A stretch of 64,000 nt of DNA from Zancudomyces culisetae HAW-14-8 (taxonomy: Eukaryota; Fungi; Kickxellomycota), in NCBI GenBank assembly GCA_052426225.1, contig JBNJNM010000011.1, forward strand, positions 2,294,001 through 2,358,000, in the 5' to 3' direction. A program made the position numbers and the translations under genes. Under the pieces are notes generated by a model. That model did not search any database, had not been told where the DNA came from, and saw only the letters and a list, made by a program, of their open reading frames with translations. Shown here piece after piece: positions 1-11,518 of this stretch. Positions within the stretch are counted from its first letter, which is position 1. Each line of letters begins with the position of its first letter.

Positions 1-2716
1 GGATACCAGTTGGTACACTGTCGCGTATTTTTCCAACGAAATGAGTTTTGGTACATCCGTAGTTGTAGGGTTGCAAACTCCATTTAAATCATGCCTAACC
101 AAGTCAACAATCATTAGATTTTCTGCCCTCTCTTTTATATCAGCTTGTAGCTCGCACCCAATGGCATGGTCTCTAAGCGTTGCTTCCTCCAAACACTTTT
201 CACAACAACGAGGTTTTTCTGCAAACTTATCCGCAACCGCACCAGAAATTGTAGCGTGTTCGCAGTGCAAATTATTGAGATCTATCCTCTTTGCAGTTCC
301 CTTGATAGGTTTCATCATAGCCTTTAAACCACCATTTTTTTTATCTTGGTGGATAGACAACAATCGTTCTGGACTACAACTCATTATAATTAGCTCTGCA
401 CCATAATTGATGTTTTCATCCTCACAGCTATCTTTATTATCTTCCTGTTTATCTTGCTTTGGATAGTAGAAAAAGGCTCCAAATGGTGCCGCATTCATAG
501 TCCTCAGGTAGTCAAAGTATATTTTTTTGGCCTCCGCGAGTCCTCCGTGCCCGAAACTCCTCCCTTGGCCTCCAGCGGTTCCGTTGGCCGTGATCTTAAA
601 TTGGTTTGTCAAACATATTTGATACGACTCTCCACTTCTTATAAACTCCTGGGCCATAGCCACCTTGTTTATGTACTTTTCTTTCTTTATGTACGGAGAT
701 GCAGTAATTACTCGCTGGGCTGCAGCTGGATTTGTGTTAGTTCGAATTCTGTTGATACTATTAAACTCCTTTTCCAGAAAAACTGATATATCCTTACCAA
801 GTTTAGTATGTGTATCATTAATCCACTTTTCGCAGCTTGTGTAGCACAATACTCCGTTTGCCTCACTCCAAATATCAAATCCTATACTCGGGTCCTCATC
901 ATCATTTCTATTCGTTGCCAGACCATAAATGTAGACAGCTATCCGATGCTCCCTCTTCTCTACGACTATACACTGTGTAGCCAGTGAGAGTATTGAACCT
1001 GGAGCACTATTTGCTGAATTGAAAGTTTGCCCCCTCTCTTCAACTTTCTGTGAAAGCACAATGTTCGATTCGTTTAACATTTCGTAACCCAAATACCCAA
1101 CCCAACCACATTTAAATGCTGGACCGCTAACACTACACCCGGCACCACCCCCAGCTTCGACACAATCCAGATCCCTGAACTCGATGCCCCTAATAAGGTT
1201 GTCTACCAGCTCATCCTGAGCCCAATCCCAATATGAGCATTTTCTTGTATCATTACCCGCTTCCATTCCTTTCATACTATCCAGTTTTATTCGTTTTTCC
1301 AGGTTGGATTTTACCCCCTCCTGCGCCACTGAGTATTTAATCAGATCGACTTCTCTGTCTTCAATGTTATATTTCACTGTCACACTTCCTGGGCTACAAA
1401 GTGAACCCATGATGCTTATACTATTGCCCTCTACGTTTTCTTTTGAACTGTCAAGTATAAATGGAAGTACATCATCAGCATATATACAGTTAAATACTGC
1501 TCGGGTAACTCGTGATAGATCATAAAAATGTGAATCGAGTTCTATCTTTCTTCCAAGCACAAAACGCCGGCCCTTGTTTCGATTATTTGCAATGGTACTA
1601 GGATTAGTGACGTTCAATGTCTCTTTCTCGTGGTATAACAAGGATAGATGAAGAGTTGAGGATGGTATTTCCTTGGTAAGTAAGTGACCTTCTTTGTTCT
1701 TTTGCAACCAACTATATGCTAGCTTTTGGAAATTATTCATCAGTAAATCGCCATACTCTGTCTCTACCGACTATTGTTATTTTTAAAATCTATATTAATA
1801 CCCCGTTGACCCTTTTTTTTGAAAATACATACAGTGATTTAGAAAATATAACAACAGTATACGACCACGTATAGACCCTCTAAATCGAATTTACGACTAA
1901 ATCATGATGTTTTTATTATCTAAATTTTAGTTGCTCTAACTCTTAGCATGAAATCCTTACCTCTGGGTGAAACTGAACACCGTAAATAGGTTTATACCTA
2001 TGCTTAATAGCCATTATTTCTCTATTTTCTGTAGAAACCCTACCACTGTCTTTATCCATCAAATCTATATTACCACGGCTATATGCCAAAACTTCCAGCT
2101 CGCTACTTCCAGTACCATCCAAAACTAAGGAGTGATACCTGGTAACTTTTGCATTTTGTGGAATTTCACTAAACAGCCCACTATGTGCTCCATACTCTCC
2201 GCTATCTACCGATTCTACTATCTCTAGACCACTCTGTTGGCCATGAACTGCACTTTTCCCCTTTAGCACTTTCATTCCATAGCATTCGCCAATTCCTTGA
2301 AATCCTAGACATATCCCAAAAATAGGCAAGTCGCATTCAGTTATTACTTTTTTGCATATTCCAAAATCGCTCTCAGTCGAGGGATTTCCGGGGCCTGGGG
2401 AAATCACCACATTGTCTACATTGGGGATAATATTATCTTTTACAAACTCCCAGGTATACTGATCGTTCTTTATTAGTACTATTCTTTTGCGCATACACTC
2501 CCAAGAGATTTCCTTGTTTTTAACACATTTTTTTTGGATGGCTCCATTTACTTCATTGGATTCTGCATGTCGAAAATCACCTACGCTTTGAAACTGCAGC
2601 TCAGGTGTTGTTATTCCAGCGCTTCTTGCCAAAAGCCAGAGTAAGTTGTTTGTGTAAGAGTCGTAGTTATCTATAATTAGAGTTCTTAGGCAGAACGTTT
2701 GCTCGTCTTCGTCCAT
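1..2716 (-). CDS. ABZ1: Para-aminobenzoate (aminodeoxychorismate) synthase, fused GATase + chorismate-binding domains; runs off the left edge
   Basis: Exon 1 2716-1961 has IIDNYDSYT, ISPGPG, GICLG and GVQFHPE. GTAAG..TAG intron 1960-1771. Exon 2 1770-<1 begins SVETEYG and contains KPIKGT and ENLMIVDLVRHDL. Confidence 0.92.
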
Positions 2717-3037
2717 TTTTCTCCATGGATTTTAGTTTAGGCCTCAAAACTTTTGAATCTGATGATCGAAATCAATTGAAATTTACTGATTTAGAGTTTT
2801 TTTTTCTGCTTTTACCTGCTGTTGTAATGCATTAAAAATCAAAAAAAAAAACGCCAATCATCACCTGCAGCTAAATCGAAATTTGAAGAATTTGGGCTTA
2901 AATGACTGATAACTTTTAACACAAAAAAAAATTGGCAGTATTGACATTTTGCGTTTATGCTAAGACTCGTTTCAATTTCATATTTCAAAATTCAGATTCT
3001 AGTTTGATTGTTGACGTCAATATACAATAAAGTTATC

Positions 3038-4170
3038 ATGCTAAGGGTAAATTATTTGAATTTTTCTCTACGGATGTTTATTAGTGATTGCTCGAAGAAA
3101 ATAGCCAGGAATAGCATCTGCTCCCAACCCAGAATTGGGAGACTGTACAATACATTCGATACAAGTGCGACCATTCTACAAAGAGCGATAAGCAGTCAAA
3201 GTACAAGCATTCTGGTCATACAAAAGCGATTTTCATCAAATGACTCTTCGATTGACAAGGAGCACAAGCAATGTTGGCTGTGCAAAGAGGCAAGCGATAG
3301 GAAATCCATTTATTGTACCAATTTGAAATGCCACGTAATACAGCCATTCGATCCCTCCTTAAACTATTTCGACGTTTTCACAAAGTAACTTTATCACTAT
3401 AATGTACTTCAAATAACCATTGTATATATCACTTTTAAATTTTATGAGCTAAACATGTTTTTGTCGTTGTTCTATTAAAAAAACTAGGTCGGATATTCTT
3501 TTTGATATTGATTTGAACAAACTGAGAAAAAAGTTTATAGAGCTGCAACAGGCAGCGCATCCCGACTCGAACGTGCTGAGTGATAAGGTATGACATATAT
3601 TTGGATATTCATCTTGGACCTTTTGCCTCTAATTCTAATGTCTTTGTGATTTTTTTATTGAGCCTTTATTTTAAAAAATAATAGAAAATACAGGAACTTT
3701 CAAGTGAGCATTCGGCATGGCTTAACAAGGCATATGTAACCTTGAAAGATCCATTATCCAGAGCTAAGTATATTGTATGTAACATTTTTACTTGTGATTT
3801 CTCTTTGGAATTTATAATCTTTATCGATTTATCAAGAAAATACAATTATAACAATAATTCAAATGGCATTTCTTAGCTCCACCTCGAGAATTTCTCAATC
3901 AAGGAGGACGAAGAGTTCCTGGATCATGACTTTTTGTTTGAAATGATGGAAATCCGCGAAAATATCGAAAGTGCAAAGTCTGTTGATGAAATGAAGCTGA
4001 TAAAAACTAAAAACGAAAGTGAAATTGGTCAGGTTATTAAAGAACTGTCTGGTACATTCAAATCAAAGGACTTTGATAAGGCCCGTTCGTTAACCATAAA
4101 GCTCCAGTATTTATATCGGCTTAATGATTCTATAGACAGCTGGAATGCCGATAAAGGAATAATAAGCTGA
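3038..4170 (+). CDS. JAC1: Mitochondrial Fe-S cluster co-chaperone HscB/HSC20 (J-domain), 4 exons
   Basis: Exons 3038-3384, 3488-3587, 3685-3774 and 3877-4170 splice in frame by GT-AG. Basic presequence, CWLC..CTNLKC, NYFDVF, HPD motif, LNKAYVTLKDPLSRAKY, FEMMEIRE and KLQY. Confidence 0.92.
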
Positions 4171-4674
4171 TTCGCACTTTTGTTTTGGTATTTGTGTTTG
4201 CTTTAGAACTGCTTTTGTTATTTACCTATTTATTTCGTAACTCTATTTATAGTGTGGTACATTAACGGGTTGATGTTTATTAACCTATTATTGGCGTAGA
4301 GCGCTGTTAATACATAGAGTGTAAAGAGGAAAAAGCATGTTGTAGACGGCTAGGAGAACAAAATGATGAGAGAATGAGATCCTTATGTTCGGCTGGCCGT
4401 ACTTGTGATGATTTTTCCATCACACTGGGTAAGCCCATCGCAAAATTAGGCGTATATTGTACTGAGAATAAAATGGGTATGACGTATTGTGTGGGTCTAC
4501 CACGGACCAATACACCATTCACTTATTTTATAAGAAGCTCATTAACGCACTCCATCGCTGTGCCGTTCCTGGCGTTTTGACGACATAATAGAAGGGAGTC
4601 ACAGGACTCTTGCTTTTTATTTTTGATAAAAACAGCTACGCAGATTTGATCACAAAACCAATTAAAACTGCAAA

Positions 4675-5090
4675 AAGATGTGGAAGTGTAGTGTCACTGG
4701 AGACCCTGAGACGTTAACAACAGGACATCGAGAGAATCCCAACATCCTGAGCCCCGCGCATGAAAACGCAGGAAAAGCGAACAAAGAGTACTATGATTGC
4801 ACCACCCAGGCTGCGGCAGTTGCCGCTATTTTGCCTGGCATTATTTATATCTCACTTCCAAACAGATCAGCAAATTATCCAACCCTCGCAAAACGCAAGG
4901 TTTGAACGCCAAGTCACGAAGCGATTACTCGCAAACACCTCCCCCAAACACTTTTTCCACCTCCCCTCGGTTTATGGCGGAACCAAAGACTTGAGGGAGG
5001 TGGAAGAAGCGCAAGACCAAAAATGTCCTCGACTTAAAAAAAAGTCGGAACATTCACGGTTTTGAATGGGGGAAATGGAAAGTACTAGGC
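4675..5090 (-). ncRNA. Putative highly structured non-coding RNA of unknown family; 5' end uncertain, may extend to ~5330
   Basis: At least 8 helices found by eye: 4681-4688/4853-4860, 4721-4749, 4806-4838, 4878-4906, 4921-4932 (GUAA tetraloop), 4936-4946/5067-5077, 4948-4968/4993-5012 and 5023-5053. Nearly all G-U pairs form only on the minus strand. GC-rich island in AT-rich intergenic DNA. Confidence 0.65.
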
Positions 5091-5344
5091 TAAATACGGT
5101 TGGTTATGGTGGTTTTTTGTCCCATTCAATTAAGAACAATACGCAAAACAACCAATAAGAGTGAGCAAAGATACCAAATTCAATAAAACTCGGGTTTTGA
5201 CAGTTTGAAAGATAAGTTATGAGTTATGGGGAAAGTACGTATAAGTAACTAGCGCCAATGGGAAGCGGTAAGTTTGGAAAAAATCAAAGAAAATCGCGAG
5301 TATTTCAAACCATAATTTGTTCGAGTTTTTTGTCTTGTGAGTAT

Positions 5345-5400
5345 ATGAAGTAAAAGAGAGAGAAGAGAGAAGAGAGAAAAGATAGAGGAGGGGGGCAAAG
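5345..5400 (-). promoter_or_regulatory. CT-rich pyrimidine tract on the minus strand, possible core promoter/TSS region of the putative ncRNA
   Basis: Plus strand AAAAGAGAGAGAAGAGAGAAGAGAGAAAAGATAGAGGAGGGGGG. CT-rich tracts commonly precede fungal Pol II start sites. The link to the ncRNA is inference. Confidence 0.3.
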
Positions 5401-7805
5401 TAGAGGTGTACATTTGGAAGTAAGACACTCCGCTTATTCTGGCTGCTGTGGCCCAGCGAGGCATATCCAGTACTTTGGAAAGTCACTGGCGGCCTGTTGG
5501 GTACACGAGACCTGAAACAGGTAGTTTTCAAATTCCCTTTGTCTTCATACCAAACGAGTGCAGAGTCAATGGACCTGAAATGAGCCCAGCTCACAATTTT
5601 GTGCAAGAAAATTTAAATTTGGATACAATAGTGTATAAACCTTGTCATACCTAACCATTACGAAGTATGCTATAATGCAAGCAATGGGCTGTTCATACAA
5701 AGAATGAAAAAAACTAAAATGGCAGGTATACCCAAGTCTTTGTAGTGTATTTTAGTTAGTGCTTTGTTTTACTTTGCTTTGATTCGCTTTTTTGGAGCGA
5801 CTTTGTAATTCATAATGTAGCCTCGAATTGCATCTGAATTTATAATATATCAAGCTTTTGAGCATACTGTAACACCCCCTATAATCGCCTGTAATCGGAT
5901 ACAACTCATTCTATATATATCGAAAAAGCTGTTAACGTAACTAGGCTTTAGAGGGCGAGTAATAGCTGTTTACAAACTAGCCCCTTAATTCCATCTTTGC
6001 TTTTTAGCAAATATTCGGCGTTTTTTTTCTTTTCCGCCGCCTAAAATATTGAAATGTAATGAGGAGGAGAGGTAGTGTATTTTTGGTCAAAAATTAGGTT
6101 ATTCTCTGATTTCAACCATTAAAGTCGACTACGTGAAAGCTGAATGGATTGATATTATTTCCCTCCCCCCAAAATAAGCTGCAAAGCAAACTAGGAAATT
6201 CTGCTCTTGGGGCAAAATCAGTCAAATTTTAGAGGCCAATCACTATCGGGTGCCTTGAACTAATATGACGCGCAACAGGAAAATAAACCATAAACAATGT
6301 TTGTTTTTGTCTTGATAATCATCGACATTTTAGCGTGACCTGATTGAGCAAAGTATTTATCCCAAAAAAAGTGCACATAAATTTGTAATCAAAGTTAAAG
6401 CAACGTTTTTATTGGTATGCATTTGTAAACAACATAGATCAATTGGCTGTCAACAGGAGTATTAGAAAATAGGTGAAACAGTACAATCCAGCTCGAGGTC
6501 TGATTGAGATTTGTACAGGATTTCTTTTTCTAATTTCGATTGAATTAATTGTTTTATTTGATTTGAACTGGCAAACAGAAATGCTTGAATTAATCCCACT
6601 TTCCGTTTCGCTAATGTTTGGATTTAATGTAAACTTTGGCAAAAATAATTACAAAAACCGGAGGTTAGTATAATTAGCAATCTTGAGTTATTCGTGTAAA
6701 TTTGAATTTGGATGGTGATTTTTTACTTTTTTCGTTTTTATCACCATTTTTTTTTCTTTTAAAATTTATAAACATACACATTAGCAAATGAAGTCTGTTT
6801 ATTGCCAGTTAAACTGATTAAATACTTTTTTTTTCGCCATCTACAAAACCCCTCTACCAAAACCTGTTGGTGTTTATTGCGAAAAAATAGGTGATAAAGA
6901 AGCTTCAGATGTAGAGGCTCGTTTTGTATAGGTTGTGGTTAACCTTTCTAAAAAAACATCGTGCAGAAAGAAAGAAAAAAAAAACATCGTTTCTGTTATA
7001 CAGTTTCACTGAGTTTAGTTTTAGTCAAGTAACTCAGCAATAGTTATTTTTTCCGTTAACACTGAATGTTTGATAAGCGTAAAGGGGGGAAAAATGAATA
7101 ATTCCATCCACACTTTTGATAATCTCTAAATGCTTAATTACATGCCATTGAATTTCGAAACGAAGAGTAAAACAGTCAATTCTGACAAAACGGATGAATC
7201 ATACTTGGAACTAAATCAAATATCTCTAATCAAGTTTATGCACTAGTGGATAGGATTCTTAAATAATCATAGACCATTAAATATACTGTTTTTATCATTT
7301 ACTGTTCCATAGAGAGGACATTGAATACGCTAACAAACAAATACCTAGACCCCAAACGACGCAGATTTACAGATAGAAAGAAAAAAAATCGAAATAAATT
7401 GTAAGTTTTTTGTTTTTCTTTTTGCTGATATACTTTTAAAAGTGAAAGCGAGTGAGGGGTGATCGAGTAGGAATGGAATGATACGAAACAGGAATGAAGT
7501 GGCTGGCAATAGATTTGTCATTTTCCGCTTTTCGAATATGATTCGAGCCTTATAAACATTTTTTAAGCATAAGGCCCTAATTGAATGATATTTTGGACAC
7601 AAACGACCTATAATTAAACGATAGTATCTTTCATTCCTTTTACTTTATCTCCCCCCAGTGTATATCTCGTACCTATTGAGAAAATAATATTTACAATAAT
7701 TAATTTATACAGTATTACAATAGATACCGGTTCCGGCAACCAAGCAGGGATCACCCTAAATAAAAATAGTTAGATAATAAAAACTTTGAATATAATTAAT
7801 ATAAA

Positions 7806-9308
7806 ATGCCAATCGTGTACGATAGCAATGGAAAAATATGTACGTATTATAATGAACATGATTTATCTGTATTTGTAGTTATGTACTAGCTTTTATAGTT
7901 TGACTCTTTTTATTAATATCAAACACATCAATTACATTGAATAGCGTGCGTGTTGGATCAGTATTGTCTTCCAATATCTGGAGGCACATATTTTGTCGGA
8001 TCACAATTAATAGTAGTATGGAATAACAAGTGGCCGCTTTATGTAGTTACAGGAAATGTGGATATATATATATTTGATCAATTCAATACACGAGATCCTG
8101 TAGCTAGATATCTCAGTGTGGAAAATGGAGATGGAACCTATGGAATCACCCTTGAAAACTCACTTTTCAAATACTCAAACACCACTGACTCAACTTTGGA
8201 GGATAAAAGAACGTTTGTGCTAGAAATTGTGCCTAATGGATCAACGCCATCGTCCCCTTCTGGCCCTGTGTTTAACGTAATTCGACCGTCTTTTACTTCA
8301 ACAAGCACACTTTCGAAAACGACTTCTTCTTCTTCTTCCTCCAGCAAAACCACCAGTACCGGGACGCGGACTTTTAGTAGTACAATGTCAATTTCGAGTA
8401 CTAGTGATGCTGAAAGCACTGAGAGTAGCTCTACCACAATCCCCATCGGACCAGGATCGAAATCCTTGAGTACAGCCGCGATTGTAGCCATTGCTCTTGG
8501 ATCGGTCTTGTTTTTACTGCTTATTCTACTACTTTTACTCTTTATGCGCAGAAGAAGGAAAAGAGAACGGATGGCAGAAAAACAAGTCAGTAATGACGAT
8601 GGTGTATTCGATGAATATGACGCACTTGAAGATTCTAATGCCGATATGGACGGCAGCGCCATAACCGCAGGCCTATCAGGCAAAATTGTCACCGACACCA
8701 AAAATGAAGACTTTTCCACGTTTGGCGGCAGTCCTCCCTTCCAAGATCCCAAGGCAGTAGCAGGTGTCTATGGCGACTACGAGCTTCCATCCATAATGAG
8801 CTCCCCGATGGTATTTGCAGGCCCTCAAAGATCTACAAGAACCAATTCCCAGGGCTCAAATAAATCCAATTTTGCTGGAGGTGGGCCAACTAAAATGGGC
8901 AGCCCCGGTTCTGGATTTGTATTAGATGGACCAAACCATTCTACCTCTTTTACTGAACTTGATGCTAGGATTGTTGGAAAAGGATTCCGTGATGCTCTGG
9001 ACAAAGCTCCCGAAAACGATCTAATTAAATCAGACGAGGAAGACGGACAAGGTGGCGATAATTCTACACCTGAACACGGAAACTGGCGGGAAACTATTGC
9101 CCATGATAGAATGCAGCGTGCCCTAGAGCAAGACAAGTCGATCAAAGTAGTGGATCTGCATCATAAAGCCACTCCGTTTTCCACCGCCGGTCTTCAGTCC
9201 ACAAAGTTTTCTGTGAAATCTGATAAACCCTTGTCCACAACGTCCTTAAGTTCCCCCGACCCCGATGCCCCGTCAGACAGTACTGATAAGACCGAACCCG
9301 ATACATAG
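7806..9308 (+). CDS. Single-pass membrane protein: beta-rich ectodomain, Ser/Thr-rich stalk, TM helix, long cytoplasmic tail (Mid2/Wsc-like architecture)
   Basis: Exon 1 7806-7839 (MPIVYDSNGKI), GTACGT..TAG intron 7840-7944, exon 2 7945-9308 in frame with ORF 7950. S/T run, then TM AAIVAIALGSVLFLLLILLLLLF followed by RRRRKR. Confidence 0.8.
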
Positions 9309-10260
9309 TAGATCGGCCTTGCCATCTCTCTGCAACCTGTTTGTTAGATTTTCTTTTATATTCTGCATTTGTATTTTGAGTGTTACTTTTCTTTTATGAT
9401 CTAATGCTATATAGCCTCGTTTTGTTTTGGCGAACTGCATTGCCAGCAAGTAATAATGATAAATGTTTGTATTTACGCAGACTGGCATTGATAGACCTGG
9501 GATGGTAAAAAAAGCAACACTGGGTGGCACACTGACACCAAAACTGTGTCAGTTTGGGACACTCCATACTGTCCAAGCAAGTATATTGATGTGGAAACAG
9601 TATTTTTTCTGCTTCATGTTCGCTCTAAAACTTGTATGTCAACGCTACATTCACCTTTTCCCTTCTTACCATCGAATCATACAGACACATTTGAGTTTGC
9701 TGCGAGTATAAAAAGTTAGCTAAATGACAAGAATCATTTTACTTTACCTCGTTTTCACGTGCCAGTCTTTGTAGTATTTGTTTTATTCCTATTTAATAGA
9801 TGAACATGAAATTAAAATAGAAACAAGTAAAGCTATCAATTTCACACTTAATTACGAAACAGAAAATCAAACTCAATTCATCCTAGAAAAATGGGGGGGG
9901 AAGGAATGTAGACAGCCTGAAAGCGCTGCCTATCCCCGTGTTTATCTCTGCATGTGTATCTGTGCTTTTGCATTCCTTTTTTTTTTTACTCGAATTAGAA
10001 AAAGAACGGTTTCACATTTTCCAGGTTTTTTATTTTTATTTTACTATGTTTTTTTAAATTCTAAACGTGTTGGCTGGAGTATGTATTATAAAAACCCCTC
10101 TTCCCCGTTTACTAGTTCGTTTTATCAACACTTATCTCTTTTTAAAGTTTTAAATACATAGTAAACAACTTTTAATATATACTCGCAGACGTATATATAT
10201 GCTTGATATTCTTTTATAAATTACTTTTATACAACTGTCTGTTTGACTTTGAACGCAAAA

Positions 10261-11355
10261 ATGTCGATGAAAGCTATTTATGTCGAGAAACTGCTAACCC
10301 ACCCGGACCAAATGGTGGTTAAACGCATTCCGATCCCAGAACCACAGGCCGGAGAAATACTCGTTAAAATCGAAGCTGCTGGTGCCAACTTTTTTGATAT
10401 CCTCATAGTAAGTCACCCAACTCCCCTGCTCTATTGTTACATGCACAGTACCAATTTAGAATAATAAAATACAAATAACATAACACGTAAATAGATACAG
10501 GGAAAATATCAAGTAAAGCCAAAACTTCCGTTCATTCCAGGCAGTGAGTTTGCCGGAACTGTGGTCAGGTCAAATGATCCAAAATCTAGCTTTAAGCCTG
10601 GTGATCGAGTATTTGGAAGCACTACCACCGGAGCATATGCTGAATACACTAGCATAGCGAGCGACAGACTGTTTTTGATACCAAAAAACCTTAACTTTGA
10701 GGAAGCATGTGGAATTTATGTCACACTTCCCACCAGCTATGCTGCATTGAAGGTCCGCGCAGACATAAAGGCCGGGGATGTAGTTTTGGTTCTTGCTGCA
10801 GCCGGAGGAGTTGGAATTGCGGCAGTACAAATAGCAAAGGCCTTTGGTGCCACTGTTATCAGTGCAGTGGGCTCTGAAGAAAAGTTTGACATTTGCAGAA
10901 AGGCCGGCTCTGATTATGTAATAAACTACAGTAACAAGAACTGGACCCAAGAGGTTCTCTCGATTACAAAAGGAAAGGGTGCAGATATTATCTATGACCC
11001 AGTCGGAAGAATAGGGGAATCACTCAAATGTATCGCCTGGAACGGTCGAGCATTGGTTATAGGCTATGCAGGAGGTGCTATTGAAAACTTGATGACAAAT
11101 CGCGTGCTTCTAAAAAACGTCAGCGTTGTTGGCGTGCACTGGGGAGCATACTACCTTAACGAAAAAGAAACAGTTCCAAAGGTTTGGGAGGGTATCTTTG
11201 ATCTAATTTCCAAAGGTCTGCTGAAACCGATAGTCTACCAACCTGTATTCAACTCCCTTGAACAGACAAATGAGGCACTGAATACGATTGCTTCCAGAAA
11301 GACATTTGGAAAAGTTGTTGTAAAACCTGGTAACTCTACCGAAAGCAAGCTATAG
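10261..11355 (+). CDS. Zeta-crystallin-like NADPH:quinone oxidoreductase (MDR family), 2 exons
   Basis: Exon 1 10261-10407, GTAAGT..TAG intron, exon 2 10495-11355. Motifs GANFFDIL-IQGKYQVKP-FIPGSEFAG, AAAGGVG and GKVVV. Confidence 0.92.
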
Positions 11356-11518
11356 GCTTTTTTTTTCTCTTTTACGTTTATCCCAGACGCATTAAAAGTA
11401 AAATTAAATAAATAAATGGAATATTTGGCAGTACTTTAATTAGTTTTGTCATTAACGATGTTTGCTCTTGGAGCTATAACGCTTGTGCACCAAATGTAGA
11501 GTTATGTACAAATTTATA

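Noticed and set aside
4363-4465. Box C (RTGATGA) and box D (CTGA) motifs
   Set aside because: No terminal stem and no recognisable rRNA-antisense element.
4684-4755. U2-like AAGTGTAGT (plus strand) and RNase MRP-like GGGGCTCA (minus strand)
   Set aside because: The flanking U2 stem I and branch-pairing context is missing. There is no GAAAGUCCCC partner for an MRP P4 helix, and the adjacent sequence pairs locally.
4678-5065. Three overlapping plus-strand ORFs (75, 101 and 65 aa)
   Set aside because: No recognisable protein features. Open frames are expected from the local GC richness, and the minus-strand RNA structure explains the region better.
5459-5605. GGAAAGTC / AGTCAATGG / ACCTGA motifs suggesting RNase P or a TPP riboswitch, with small hairpins
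   Set aside because: No CR-V/P4 complement and no complete TPP core. The hairpins are short and show no strand preference.
9531-9553. 8-bp perfect inverted repeat ACTGACAC/GTGTCAGT
   Set aside because: Isolated, and a hairpin of this length is expected by chance in 64 kb.
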